Shown: positions 36,841 through 50,071 of the stretch, in pieces
Layout of the letters: the number at the start of each line of letters is the position of its first letter
Numbering within the stretch: the first letter of the stretch is position 1
Assembly: GCA_951406725.2 (NCBI GenBank)
Contig: OX597819.1
Coordinates: 12,710,001-12,774,000 of the forward strand
Length of the DNA: 64,000 nucleotides
Origin: Octopus vulgaris
Taxonomy: Eukaryota
Reading direction: 5' to 3'
Position numbers and translations under genes: made by a program
The notes under the pieces: generated by a model
What the model saw: only the letters and a program-made list of their open reading frames with translations
The model's database searches: none
Told to the model about the DNA's origin: nothing

Positions 36841-38937
36841 TGTCTACTTTTCTCCATCAATATATTTACAAGCGTTTTATTTGCTGTAATTATCTGTTTG
36901 TTCCAACTCCATTACCGATATCCTGCTCTGCTATATAAAACAGTATATTGACAAATTCTATCACTATGACAGGAGGTATATTTTCTATTTTTATACTGTT
37001 ACTACAAGTAGATATATTCTTACCTACTTCTGACTTGTAGAGCTGTCTTGCAATTTACTTTAATTACTGGGCACTGTTTATATTGACAAAAATGTTCCAA
37101 CGAAATCCCCTTTGAACATTTGGATTGTTATAAAATGATTGCAAACAAGAGATACTTTTGTTCTTGTTAAAGCAGTTATTTTTGTGAAACCAAGGAACTA
37201 ATTTAACTTAAGCTAGAAGCTGTTAATAAAAAGAATTCATTAATTAATAGGCAATTAACGCACAAAGCAGTTTTATTGCCTGATTGGTAATTATCAGATG
37301 ATAATTTTCGAGAGTTTTAAATAATTATATATGTCATAACGCTTTTACCTCTCTTTAGAGCCAATATAACTATTCACATCTGGGTGTAAAAACATGGATT
37401 ATGGTGATTAATTATTGCAAAAATTGTTTAGTGTTGAGTTTGTTTGTTTGAAACTTATGTTTTGTTTCTGGCGTTCAGCAGAGGGAGTGCATTGTGCAGC
37501 TTGTGGTTACTTCTTTTAAGGGACAATACCAAACACACACACACACACACACATTGATTGGTATGGGAACAGCAGTCTCTTTCTACTAAGTATTATAGAT
37601 ATTTTAGTGTGCATAGGAAGTCATTTGTTTTATCTCTCGCTCTCTTTTTGTATTTAAAGTTAGACTAGAAAGAGCAGTGCCAACCACATTTTTGTAGGGC
37701 CTCACAGACTGTTGGAGTGATAGTAAGAAACCATGATTAACAGGTTATTGCATTGGAAGCACGACATCAAGATAAGTTCTGTCAGAATATCAATATTATA
37801 TTGAATGGGCTTCACTAATGTTGTCTAGGGACAGAGGAATGGACTTCACCAAAGGCATCCAAGGATGATGTGACAGTGCTAAACTAGGCAAAAGATGAGA
37901 TGTAATATATTTAATAGGCTTCCTCACAGTTTCTTTCTACCAAATTTCACTCCCAGAGTTGATCTAAGATTATGGTAGCAACACTTGCTAAGGTTCCATG
38001 TAATACAACTGAAACTCAGCCAAGTGATTAAGAAATGAACTCAATAACAGCCATTCATAGCAATACTGATCACCATTGCTTTCAAATTGTAAAACGATGC
38101 CAAAAGAATAGGATTAAGTGTATTTGAGGGTTTGACTTCAGAAAATGTTTTAGTCATTTTGGTTTCTTAGATGACAAATTGATGACGTATACCAATAAAC
38201 TAAAGATAGTTTTACCATCATTGGGAAGTTAGATGTTTGCATTGGTTCAGGGAGAATTTGAAATCAGAACCATTTAGGTGTGTTGAGGCTTTTTGTATAA
38301 AGCACTTAGATTACTTAGTTTTGTAGCTACTTAAGTGTTAAGGAAATCCTAATTTATATGAATTAAAATTCAAAGTTTTGTTGTCTAAACCAGCATTAAA
38401 ATTTGACAAATGCCTTTTTTTTCTTTTTTAAACTAAGCAAATATTTAATGATTTTATTACATAAACAATAGAGCACAAATTTTAGGTCAAAAAGTACAGC
38501 GAATTGTAGTATTTAAATGGTACTTATTTTTGACCTGAGAAGGACAATACCTAAAGTGTAACTCAGCAAAGTTTGAACACAAGTGACTGGGACCCAGTGT
38601 AGCTCTGTAACTCATTATACCTGTCAAATGGTCCAACCTAGGTCAGCAGGGAAAATAGATGTTAAATGATGACAACGACAATGATTAGTTATTTCTAACA
38701 TGGGCTGAAATCCATGTAAGAAAGGGTTATGGGCCATTAAATCAGGCTCAGTACTGATTGGTGTTTATTTTAACAGTTCCAGGATGAAAGATAAAGTTGA
38801 CTTTGGCACGATTTCAACTTGGAACATAAAAGGACGTAACCAAATATTAACGAAGTTCTTTTTAACTTAGACACAAAAGCCACGGTTGTTCGTTGCTGGA
38901 TGTTGTCAACTAAGAGGATCCCAGTACTTTACTGGTA

Positions 38938-39449
38938 CCATAAATCCTCGAGTATAGTCTGCCCTTGAGTATAATACGCAGGGGATTTTTAGAGGGCTCT
39001 ACCTCTGAAAACCCTAAACCTTGTGTATAATACAACTTCTCTAACTTGAGTCAAGGAGGTCTATATAACATCCTTGGTTTGTAAAAATGTATAAAGGATG
39101 TAACATCCTTTATTATTATTGTATATATAACATAATGCAAACGTGTAGCTTTTTTGTGCATTTTGTTTGCAGAAAATAAAGAAATAACAGTAATAACGTT
39201 TAGTAAATATTGTTTACTGCAAGTTATGGATGATTCTTTTATGACTTCATTGCTTTCAGGTATAGCTTAAGGTATTTTCGCGCCCGACATCACAAAATGC
39301 ATCTGAATAAACTTTACCGGACAGCAAATAGAGACTCATACATTGCTTAGAAAATAATTTTCTTTTTTAACCTCATATATAGTATGCACTAGGGATTCTG
39401 ACCTTTAAATTTTGGGACAATAATGCGGGTTATACTCGAGGATTTACGG
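38938..39449. mobile_element. Tc1/pogo-type MITE, 512 bp
   Basis: TIRs CCATAAATCCTCGAGTATA / TATACTCGAGGATTTACGG; TA TSD; inserted in a decayed family B SINE. Confidence 0.85.
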
Positions 39450-39796
39450 TACTTCTTTGATCAACATCAGATTTATGAAAAGCAATGTTGACTAGCATTA
39501 GTTTATGCTTACATACATACAAGCATACATATATATACATATATGTGTGTGTATATATTATGTGCATCATCTAAGAATAAATTAACTTGTTAGGAAGCAC
39601 GATGAGTATGTTTGTTATTTAGTTCCATACCAGAGAAGCAGTCTTAAGGAGAGTAACCACATTTTGTTTTTACTGTGTCAATGCTGCCCAAATTCTTGAA
39701 TGCTAGAATTACTGTTTTGTTTTTATTTATTTAAATTTTCTTTTTTCTTTTAAATTTATTTTTCTTTTTATGTTTATTTCTTTCTCACATTCCTAG

Positions 39797-39937
39797 CTAC
39801 AGATCCTAGTAATTTGAATCCCGCTCAGCTGTCTATGTCTGGCACATTTTCATCTGACCTGAAGTCATCGCAATCGTCCAGTGGATGGATGAACACCATC
39901 AATAGTGGGGTTTCAGTACATTCCAAGAGATCTACCA
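39797..39937 (+). CDS. PI4KA: PI4KA exon 16 (TDPSNLNPAQLSMSG...SSGWMNTINSGVSVHSKRST)
   Basis: long pyrimidine tract + cctag / gtatgt; 141 nt, phase 1-1; GWMNT matches human GWINT. Confidence 0.88.
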
Positions 39938-40065
39938 GTATGTAAGATTTATATTGTGCGTGTGTGTGTGTGTGTGTGTATATACACTTATATATCAATG
40001 ACTGATTGTATATGAATTCTTGAAATACATTAGTGTGTGTATATATATATGTGTGTGTGTGTATG

Positions 40066-40099
<34 letters not shown>

Positions 40100-41137
40100 T
40101 GCATATATATATATCTATATGTAGTTCTTCTTTTATTGACCATGTGTTTGTGTTCACAGATTCCATCATACACACTGTTATTGGTTAGCTTGAGGTCAGT
40201 CCTGATTGAGCACATGTATAATGAAAGATGCTCCGGCCATGACCATTTCCCCTTTTTCTTTTTAGCGGTATCAAGGACTACAATATCTGATGTGTACTTT
40301 TGAGGGAGACTTGGTTACTATTTCTAACAAGCTGAGCAATCATGAAAGGACCCTCTCATCTTGCACACACACGCACATACACACACACACACTGTTTTTA
40401 ACATATCAAAGTTTTCTCTATCATATTTTAATCCAATTAATCTTTTCTAATAAATCTAATGTTTCTATTGATTTATTATTGTTGTTAACCTAAGACAGCC
40501 TTGGTCAAGCCAAGCCATAATGAAAGCTATTCCGACCATGGCCATCCCAGCTTATTTTCAGATATACTATATCTAGTACTACATTGTCCTATCTGTCATT
40601 ATTTCTTCTTTATACTACAGACTGAAGATACAGCTTAGATATATAAATCTCCTTTCATCAGATGTGTGTGTGTTGATGTATGTTGGATGAAAGAGAAAAG
40701 AGTGCTCATTACTGGTTGTAAAGGATATGGGATTTTTTTTATTGAAACTGAAACTTAGAGTTTTTATCATGACACTAGTTTCATGCCACTGCAATCTTCA
40801 AATGGTAAAAACAAACCTCAGCCATCACCAACTCACTCTAAATATATAAATAACCTACCTTTCCACTTACATTTGCAAGAAATACAAACATCATATCGCA
40901 AAAATAACATGAAACACTGTTGAAGAAGCCCCAAAATACCACCCAATCAATAAATACAAAAAGTTAATGGATAAACACAAGTACTAGACCCCCCACACAC
41001 ACATAATATAATGATATAAATACACCAGCATTGTGTTGTAACAGTTCTTGCCTGAAGATTGCAATAGCATGAAACTCTAGTTGCAAGACTAACTCTCAGT
41101 TGCAGTTTAAATAAAAAGATCCTGTGTGTGTGTGTAC

Positions 41138-41198
<61 letters not shown>

Positions 41199-42460
41199 TG
41201 TAAAGTCATATTTAATGCATTTGGGTGTATTCAGATGTGTTAAGACCTTTCACTGTGGATATTGTCCCAGGAGAATATTCTCAACTGGGACATGTGAAAA
41301 CACTTTTATTTTAGGGGTTTGGGTGAAGACTGTGAATGATGTCATTGGTTTGCGGTGTACAAGCATTTCTGTGTTGTTCTGTTTAGTCACCTATGAAAAC
41401 CACATTTGTCATTCACAGCCTGAATAAGAATGAAATTATTCTTATTAAAATGGAATGTCTGTTGTTGTGCACACAACTTGGTCAAGCCAGAATTAAATAT
41501 TGTTGCACAAAGCATTGTTGAATAAAAAAAAAAACAACTTTTTGTTGTAGAGATTATCCCAGGAGATAATTCCCTGCATTGACATATGTTGTAAAAATAC
41601 ATTTGATATGAAAACACATCACGTCTGAATACACTCAAACATGTTAAGTGTCTTTATACAAATATTTTCTCCAGTTAAGAAGTAAATTTGTGTATTTAAG
41701 AAACCAATTTCTCAACCACACCCACCCACCCACACCCACTCTTCTTCCATGTTTGTAAAAACAATTCCATGGTACCCCAAAGATTATGGTACTCTGATTT
41801 ATCAGCAGTGTGAGTTCAGTATCTCCTTGAAGATACTGCTTCCTATGTTTTTGTGATTATTTATTCTCTTAACGACTTTGCTGCTAAGAATTGTGCGCCT
41901 TGTTTTGGCTTTCCAGCTTTCTGAGTAAATCTATGACAATTGAAAGATAATGTCAAAGTTAAAGTATAAAGTTTTGAAATGGAAATTAGATTTTTTTTGT
42001 AAAATATTTCAAATTAATATTAAACAGGGACACAACTGTTGCTGTCTTCTTTTTTATGTTAATCTTGCAATACTAATACTTTGTGTTTCAGACAAGTAGA
42101 CAGGATACACATACAAACCTACATGCATACACGCATGCAGGTTTGTGTACACACACACATTTGTCTGTCTGTCTATATTTTTATTTCGGTTGAGTTAGTT
42201 TCTTATTACACTGTTGTATTGCCTGTGCATTCACAGGATCATCAGGCAAGTTATGATTGTCATAACTTGCCTGATATATTGTGTGCTACACAACATTTTC
42301 AGATAATTTTAAATGAATGCTATAATAATTTTAATAAACCCACAATAAAATGCCAGCACTACCACCAGTGATAAGGGGACAGATGAAATAGGATTCAATC
42401 ACTTTGTTTATTTTTCACAGTGAAGCTAAAATTTTATGTTTATTAGAAGTATACATTTCA

Positions 42461-42492
<32 letters not shown>

Positions 42493-42561
42493 GTACATAC
42501 ATATATATGTTTAAGGAAAGATTTTTTAAAAGTTATTAAATATTTAAAACAAATTTATTTA

Positions 42562-43841
42562 TTGGGTTGACAAGAAAGTAATTTTGTTTTTCACAGATAG
42601 ATAGTTATGATTTTTTTTTTAATGACTTTTGTCAATGTTATAATTTTTTTCGTTTTGACATTTGATAGCCATTACTTTTAGCTTACTTTAGAAGCAAATT
42701 CCATGTAATTTTGTTTACAGCTGTCAATTCAGTGTAAATTTTAACTTGGAGTGCAAAAACGAACATTTTCGTCAGATTTCATTTTTATATTCTTGTAAAG
42801 GCAAGAAAGCTGCTGAGGCTCACAAAGAGATATGTGAAATTTATGGTGTTGATTGCTTAACAGAACGTACATGTCAGAGATGGTTTAAAAAATCCATTCT
42901 GCAAATTTTTCATTCAAAGATGACCAACGTCATCATCTACTGAAGTTGATGATGACCGAATCAAAGCCATAATTGAATCTGATCGTCATGTAACTGTGCA
43001 AGAGAGTACAGAGAGATTAAATGTATTACACACAACAATTTGAAATCACTTAAAATGTCTTGGACTCGTTAAGAAGTTCAATATTTGGGTTCCACATTAA
43101 TTGAAAGAGATTCACCTAACACAATGATCAATGTTTGCGATATGCATCTCAAACACAATGAAATTGATCTTTTTTTTAAATGAATCATCACTAGTGATGA
43201 AAAATAAATTGTTTACAATAACATCAATCAAAATTGATCATAGTCCAAGTGTAATGAACCAGCAAAAATCACATTGAAAGCTGAATTGCATCAAAAAAAG
43301 GTTATGCTGTCAATTTGGTGGGATTACATAGGTGTTGTGTATTTTGAGCTGTTTTCAAGGAACCAAACGATCAATTCAGATGTTTACTGTCAACAACTAA
43401 TGAAACTGTAGGAAGCAATCAAAGAAAAACGGCCAGAATTGACAAATCATAAAGGAATCGTGTGCCACCATGACAAAACTAGACTACACACATCTTTGCT
43501 AACTTGTGAAAAATTATTAGAGCTTGGTTGGAAAGTGATATCACATCCACCATAAAGCCCTAACCGTGCACCATCAGATTACCATTCATTTTGAAGTTTG
43601 CAAAATTCTTTGAATGGTAAAACTTTCAATAATGATGATGAGCTGAAATTGCACTTGCTTCAGTTTTTGGCTGATAAGGAGCAGAAGTTCTATTAACATG
43701 GAATCATGAAGTTGTCAGAAAGATGACAAAAGGTCATTGAACAAATGGAAAATATATAATTGATTAAAGTTCATTCTTTGTATGAAAAATATGACTTTTA
43801 TTTCACATTAAAAAACTGAAATTACTTTCTTACCAACCCAA
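42562..43841 (+). mobile_element. Full-length defective mariner transposon (1280 bp)
   Basis: Approx. 30-bp TIRs TTGGGTTGACAAGAAAGTAATT / AATTACTTTCTTACCAACCCAA, TA TSD; transposase relics TCQRWF, WVPH*L, ITSDEK, HHDK, P*SPNRAPSDYH with stops and frameshifts. Confidence 0.93.
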
Positions 43842-43843
43842 TA

Positions 43844-44815
43844 GATTTGGGGGAAGAGGTTGTGTATTGTGTGTATTTTGCATGTAGTGTTTAGTTTGTG
43901 AGTAAGCACTTTCATTGCTCAACTTCTTAACCACACATGTTTTGTGCTAATGCACATAGAAACTGATTTTAGTAATGATGCTGACTATTTCCAATTTAGT
44001 TTTGGATTTTGAATTCTTATAAAGTATTCTTTTGTGAAAGGGGAATATTTTATGCACAAATGATGTTTACTATTTGGGACATTTCTAATAGTTGAATCTT
44101 TAATTTACTCTTTACACAACTATTTAGCTTTGTTCCTGTTTCTCCAATGTAATTCTCATTGCATTGTGGACATGTGATGCAGCAGATGAGATTTTTTGTT
44201 TTGCAATTCATGTTTGCATTCATTTTCAATTCCTTCCCATTCTTGAATCTTTTGGTTGTTCCTTGTTCAATTATTTCACATGAGGGTTTCTACAATATTT
44301 CTTTCTCTAATGTGAATCTCATCTTGTTTGAAGTCTTGAGATTTTTAGTGGTTATCCTTGGCTGTTGATGATTTGTGATTTTCAAAAATTATTTGATGGA
44401 TATGACTGATGTAGAATTTGGAGGTATTGTTTGGTTGAATGTAGGATGTTATGGTTCTTAGGATCATGGATGACTACAAGTGGAATATTCATATTTGTAT
44501 TTTTCTTTTCACCCTCAGTGTGAGTATTTCTCCATGAGTCAGAGATTGAGATTTCTTTTAGTTATGCCAAAATTCATTAGCTTTTGAGGAAATTTCTATT
44601 TTTGAAGGAACATATTTAGTTCTACCAGTCATTTCTCTTGTCTCTTCGTATCTGCAGCTATTGAATATATATACTTGCTATAGTGAATGCTATGTTCCTT
44701 TTTGTGCAAAGGTTGGCAAGATCTATAATCTAAATATTGATGTATATCTGTATCCTTGCAGTAGAGATTGGTTGTAACTGCTTTCTTTTCTTTAACTATA
44801 AGAAAGTAACTTCTT
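43844..44815 (-). mobile_element. Inverted second Penelope-like copy (its end continues at 42500-42561, beyond the mariner)
   Basis: TNLYCKDTDIHQYLDYRSCQP; 43845-44680 is reverse-complementary to 45220-46085. Confidence 0.8.
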
Positions 44816-44819
44816 CTTT

Positions 44820-46165
44820 GACAACCAATATTACCTACAAATACAAGGCACAGCAATGGTGATGAGTCACTCCAACATTTGCAACACTAGTTATTAGGAT
44901 ACCTCGAAGAAAAAGATCTATACCCTGTCAAGAATTATTTTTGATCATCATTTCCAATCCTATTTAATAGGGAACTGGAAAAGATTCTTGGATGACTGCT
45001 TCATATTTTGGAACAAAAGTAAGGAAGACCTTGCAAGGCTCCTTAAATAAATAAACAACATTCATAAATCGATCCAGTTCACTATGGAAATGAATGAAAG
45101 AGAACTCCCTTTTCTGGGTGTTCTAATCAAAGAAAATGAGACAGCTACAACTGACTCATGCCAATATTTAAATTTTGGATCTTGCCACCCTTCCCATATC
45201 AAAAGGAACATACCATTCAATATGGCAAGAAGTATATCCTCAGAAGTTGCAGGCACAAATAGACAAGAGAAATGACTGGTGGAGTTAAATATGGTCCTTT
45301 AAAAAGCTAATAAATCATGTCGTAACCAAAGCAAAAGAAATCTCAATCTCTGCCTTACAGAGAAACACCCACACTGAAGGTGACAAGAAAGAAAACAAAT
45401 ATATTCCATTTGAAGTCACCCACAATCCCAGGAAGCATAACATCTTACATTCAGCCAAATGATACCTCCAAATTCTACATCAGCCATCTAATCTCTGACA
45501 AATAATAAAAGAAAATCACAAATCATCAACAGCCAAATGCAATCACCAAATCTCAAGAGTCTCCCAACAAAGGCAATATTCACATCAGAGAAAGAAATAA
45601 AGCAGGTAAGAAACTGTGGAGACCCTCATTGAGGGACATGAGAAATGATTGAACAAGGAGCAACCAAAAGATTTAAAAATGGAAAGGAACTAAAAGTGAA
45701 TGCAAACATGAATAATTGCAAAACAAAAAATCTCATCTGCTGCATCACATGTCCACAATGCAATGAGAATTACATTGGAGAAACAGGAACAAAAACTAAC
45801 CAGTTGTGTGAACAGCGAAATATTCATCTGTTAGAAATGTCCCATCTAGTAAATATTTAAGACATTTGTACAAATGAAAAATTTTAAATATTCCCCTTTC
45901 ACAAAATGAAAGACGAAAATGATCAACTATGAAAGGCAAAAGAAAAATACTTCATAAGAATTTTGAACCAGAAATAGTCAATGCCATTACTAAAAATAAC
46001 TTTATGCATGTTAGGCCAGAACAAGTTTGGAAAGTTGAACAATGAAAGCGCTTGCACACTATATGCAAACTTCTTCCCCAAAGGTTGGTGACATTCTGTT
46101 AAATAAGAATTTGCTTTAACTGATTAATAATTTTTAAAACATCTTTCTTGAAACATGTATATATT
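44820..46165 (+). mobile_element. Penelope-like element remnant (RT + GIY-YIG endonuclease)
   Basis: WKRFLDDCFIFW, IQFTME..ELPFL, QYLNFGSCHPSHIK, NLICCITCPQCNENYIGETG. Confidence 0.88.
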
Positions 46166-46793
46166 GTGGGCTGATTTTCAAAACTTTAGTATTTATATAT
46201 TGTTGCAGCAGATGTTTGTATAGCTTTAAGAATCCTCCTCCTTCTTTATAGTTGTAAATATGAAAGTGAAGTATAAATAAAATGTTCATTGGCCAGAAAG
46301 AACTGAAGCCAGGAGAATTCTGTACCTTCTCCTTCTAGGACCCAAGTCAATGGCTGTCAGAGTAAGGCTTAGTCTCATGATCAGGTGGTAAGTCAATTGC
46401 AGCTTTAAATCTCACAGCCATTGTGGTTCTTCATATAAAAACTATTTTCATGCTAATGGAAATGTTTATTATTTAAGATGCTCGTTTCACTTTTTAATGT
46501 TATAAATCCATAATGTTTAGTGTTATTATCCATCATATTTTAATATATTTTTGTGAGAGATGGTCTCCATTTACAAAAGGCTGTTATTAATGATATTTTC
46601 ACAAACAATCTGTTTTCTGATATTTATCATTATTGTATTGTTTGCTCTTTTCAATGACTTATCGTTATTTCCATCCTGTGTTTTCAGTTCCTACCTAATA
46701 TATGTGTTGCAATAATAATGTTCCGTTGTTGTTGTTGTTGTTGTTGACCGCAACAATGTTTTACACAGTTGCCATGGTTTTTTTCCACCCTAG

Positions 46794-46904
46794 CATTGTC
46801 AGTTTCACCCACATCCTTCCAGTCAGGCTATGATTTTTCTGATGGTTCCATGACCCGCGGCCCTGACAATGAGTTTTTTGGCAGCGCTGGGACTCTGGGT
46901 TCTG
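46794..46904 (+). CDS. Candidate alternative PI4KA cassette exon with GC donor (LSVSPTSFQSGYDFSDGSMTRGPDNEFFGSAGTLGS)
   Basis: ttttttccaccctag acceptor, TG|gcaagt donor, 111 nt, stop-free in phase 1-1, GC-richer than flanks, non-repetitive, TGCATG 35 nt downstream. Confidence 0.6.
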
Positions 46905-47710
46905 GCAAGTATCCTCTATTATCTCAGAATGCACTAGTTGCATGCAGTTCTTTGCTCTATCTCTCCATGCAGACATGAACAGCTCCGCGTTAATATCTCT
47001 GTATAGCCGCATTTACCTTTGCCTGTTGACTTGTCTCTCTATGGTTTTGTTACTTCTTCTTGTTGTTGTTAGTGTAGACATGTAATGAACCTTCTCCTTT
47101 CATTTTTGCCAGTTCCTCTCCCCTTTATATGTAACAACTGTAAATATATTTATACATGATATTTTTGCGGTGTTTTTCCTTAAATTTCATGGTCTCATTC
47201 ACATTAACAGCTATTATTAACTTCATAAGAAAGTTCACTGTTTCTGTCTTTTAACCAAAACTTCATCTTAATTCAACCAGTCAACTGAACAGCTGCAGTG
47301 CCATAATCTAGCTTCCATTAATGAGTTTCACTGTATTCCTTCAATAAATTAATGAAGTCACCTACTTAAATTCAACATTGATGTTTTATTTGTCTTGACA
47401 TTATTTAAATTCTTTAACATTCTTTGTATACCATTCTTCAAGTATTATTTTAGCTAAAGGTTAATTGAACAGAAAACAAAATCTTATTTCTTTTTTAGCC
47501 TTAATATGATATTTTCCAAGCTGAACTTTTACCATCTCAAACATTAGTAATTAGCAAAATATAATATTTTCTTTAAATTCCAATTTCTTGATTTAAAGTA
47601 TTTGTCCTGCATTAGATTAAATTATAGCATTAGTTGTATAAGATAAAAACTTAATGAAATACCCAAAATCTAGACTAGTTTTAAGTAATAGTATTTTTGT
47701 GGCACTCCAG

Positions 47711-47752
47711 CTCTCTCTCTTTCTCTCCCTCCAACACTGCCACCAAATGAAG
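47711..47752 (+). CDS. Candidate 42-nt cassette exon (LSLSLPPTLPPNE)
   Basis: ctccag acceptor, AAG|gtaaat donor, phase 1-1, stop-free. Confidence 0.4.
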
Positions 47753-48513
47753 GTAAATGGTACACCACACCAGGGAATCAATTACTTAAAGACCCAATTT
47801 CTATTCTACTATGTTGTATTCCTAATCATACATTGTCCACATTAAACCGGTTGTTTGTTTTTTTTCTATGCTTGTTATTTAACTTGCACTTCACTCACTG
47901 CCAAACCTGTTCTGTTTTACATCTCAGGTGTAAACTTATTATTTTAATATATCTATTCTCTGAATCTGGAAGATTAAAATATTTTGTAAGATTTCATTTT
48001 TGTACTGTTTTTGTAAACAAGAAAATCATTGCTTGTTTATCATTTCTTTCCAGTAAGATCTACATTGAAATATCAACATTTTATCATATATATTTGATGT
48101 AATTTATTATTATCATAATTATTCCTAAGGCAGTGAACTGGCAGAATTGCTACCATGACATTCATCCCTTTGGAGCCAATGAAATAAGTACCAGTCATGC
48201 ACTAGGGTCAATGAAATTAACTTACCCCACCCTCCCAAAATTTCAGGCCTTGTGCCTAAAGTAGAAAGGATTATTCCTAATCCCTATCTCTAAGTAGTTG
48301 TTGTTGCTGTGTTTGTATTTTCCCATTAAATGCTGTGAATGTGTTTCTCTTGAATTCCGTTTGTTGCATGAAGTTTAATTTTTAGCAAAAAAAAAAAAAA
48401 AAATTCCTCCAAATAATCTCTCTCTTGGAAGAATTGTAGAAATATATAACAATTCTGAAGTTAGAAAATTACTAATCTTAAATCTCACAACGAGAGATAT
48501 TCAGCAACTGTAC

Positions 48514-48769
48514 TTTGTAGTAAAGGTTGTTTGCCAACACAACATGGCAGTCCTGGTTTAGGACTAATGTTGCTGTAATTTAGCCCCAGGAGACATCGTC
48601 TCCAGCTGGCTATACAACAAGATCTATGTCCTTATATTTTCGAACATATAAGGACACAGATTGTGTCATATAGCCAGCTGGAGACGATGTCTCCTGGGGC
48701 TAAATTACAGCAACATTAGTCCTAAACCAGGACTGCCATGTTATGTTGGCAAACACTCTTTACTACAAA
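48514..48769. repeat. 256-bp near-perfect palindrome
   Basis: TTTGTAGTAAAG...CTTTACTACAAA; centre TTCGAA near 48639-48644. Confidence 0.93.
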
Positions 48770-49832
48770 TCTGAAGTTATCCTGCAATTCTTATTTAAGC
48801 TGGACATTTTCTGTACTAACATGTTGTGCCAAGACCTATAAATAATTTCATTTTTGAGTTTTTTACTAACAATGGAATGATGGTGAAATATGTTATGGTG
48901 TTTGATGTCTTATTGAAATAATATAATAAGCAATGTTTTTGAAAAAAAATCAATGTGAAAGATATGAAAACTCTTAGGTGTATAATGTATTATATATGTA
49001 TATATACGTACTGTATATATAGTAGCAGAAGCACTGCTCCTTGGGTGTGTTTTTTTGAGCAGTTCTAATGTGGAAATTAATATTATAGTATGTATATTTT
49101 TGTGTCTAACTGAATGAAATTTGAAATATGAAATTTCTATGTAATGTTGATAAATATGTGTGGTGTAAAAATTTCACAAATGTTTTCAAAGTATCTCAAA
49201 GAAAACTTTGTAATCACTTATTTTTAATGAAAATAATTAAAGGCAGTAGAGTGAACAAGCGAGAGAGAGAGAGTTGCAAGGAAAGAAAATGAAAGTAACT
49301 GTGTGCAAGGGAAAGAAGAAAAGTATTAAATGAAATAAAAGGGAAGGAATACTTTGTGCGTGTGTGTGAGAAGAAGAACCAAACACCAAATGGAGAAAGT
49401 TAATGAAAGAAAAAGAAGGATGAGGATTGTTATCAGGATGAGGTTTGTTATAAGGATGTAGATAAAGTGATACAAATAAAGGCTGGAAAGAAAGAGATAG
49501 AAATTTAAGATGTTAAAAATCATTTGTTGCAATGAATAAAATTGTTTTTTTCTGATCAGTATGTAGATGAAATCTTCAATAATAAAAGATCTTTAAAAAT
49601 TACATTTTGATAACAAAATATATTATAATTGTAATTGCTAAGAATTTTCTAAACAATGAAGACTTTAATTATTGCTTTCTTTTTGTAAAAAGTTACATAA
49701 TCACAACTAATTAATAAGAAGCTTTCTTTATTATATTATAGCTATGTATGCACACATATTACTTACATATGTGTATATATATTATACATGTATGCATATA
49801 ATATACACGTGTGTATGTAACACACACACACA

Positions 49833-49872
<40 letters not shown>

Positions 49873-50071
49873 GTGTGTGTGTGTTAATAAAAAAGAAATA
49901 CACAGATTCTTTTTCACAGGTCATACTCTGTCAATGAATTTTCTTAGACTAAGTTTACCTCTAAGATGACATACCATTCTGTACTGAGTATGTTCCTAAA
50001 AATGATTGTGTATAGATTGACAATGACATTTTGAAACTATTGTCTTTTTCTTTTCAAAAAAATTAAACCAG

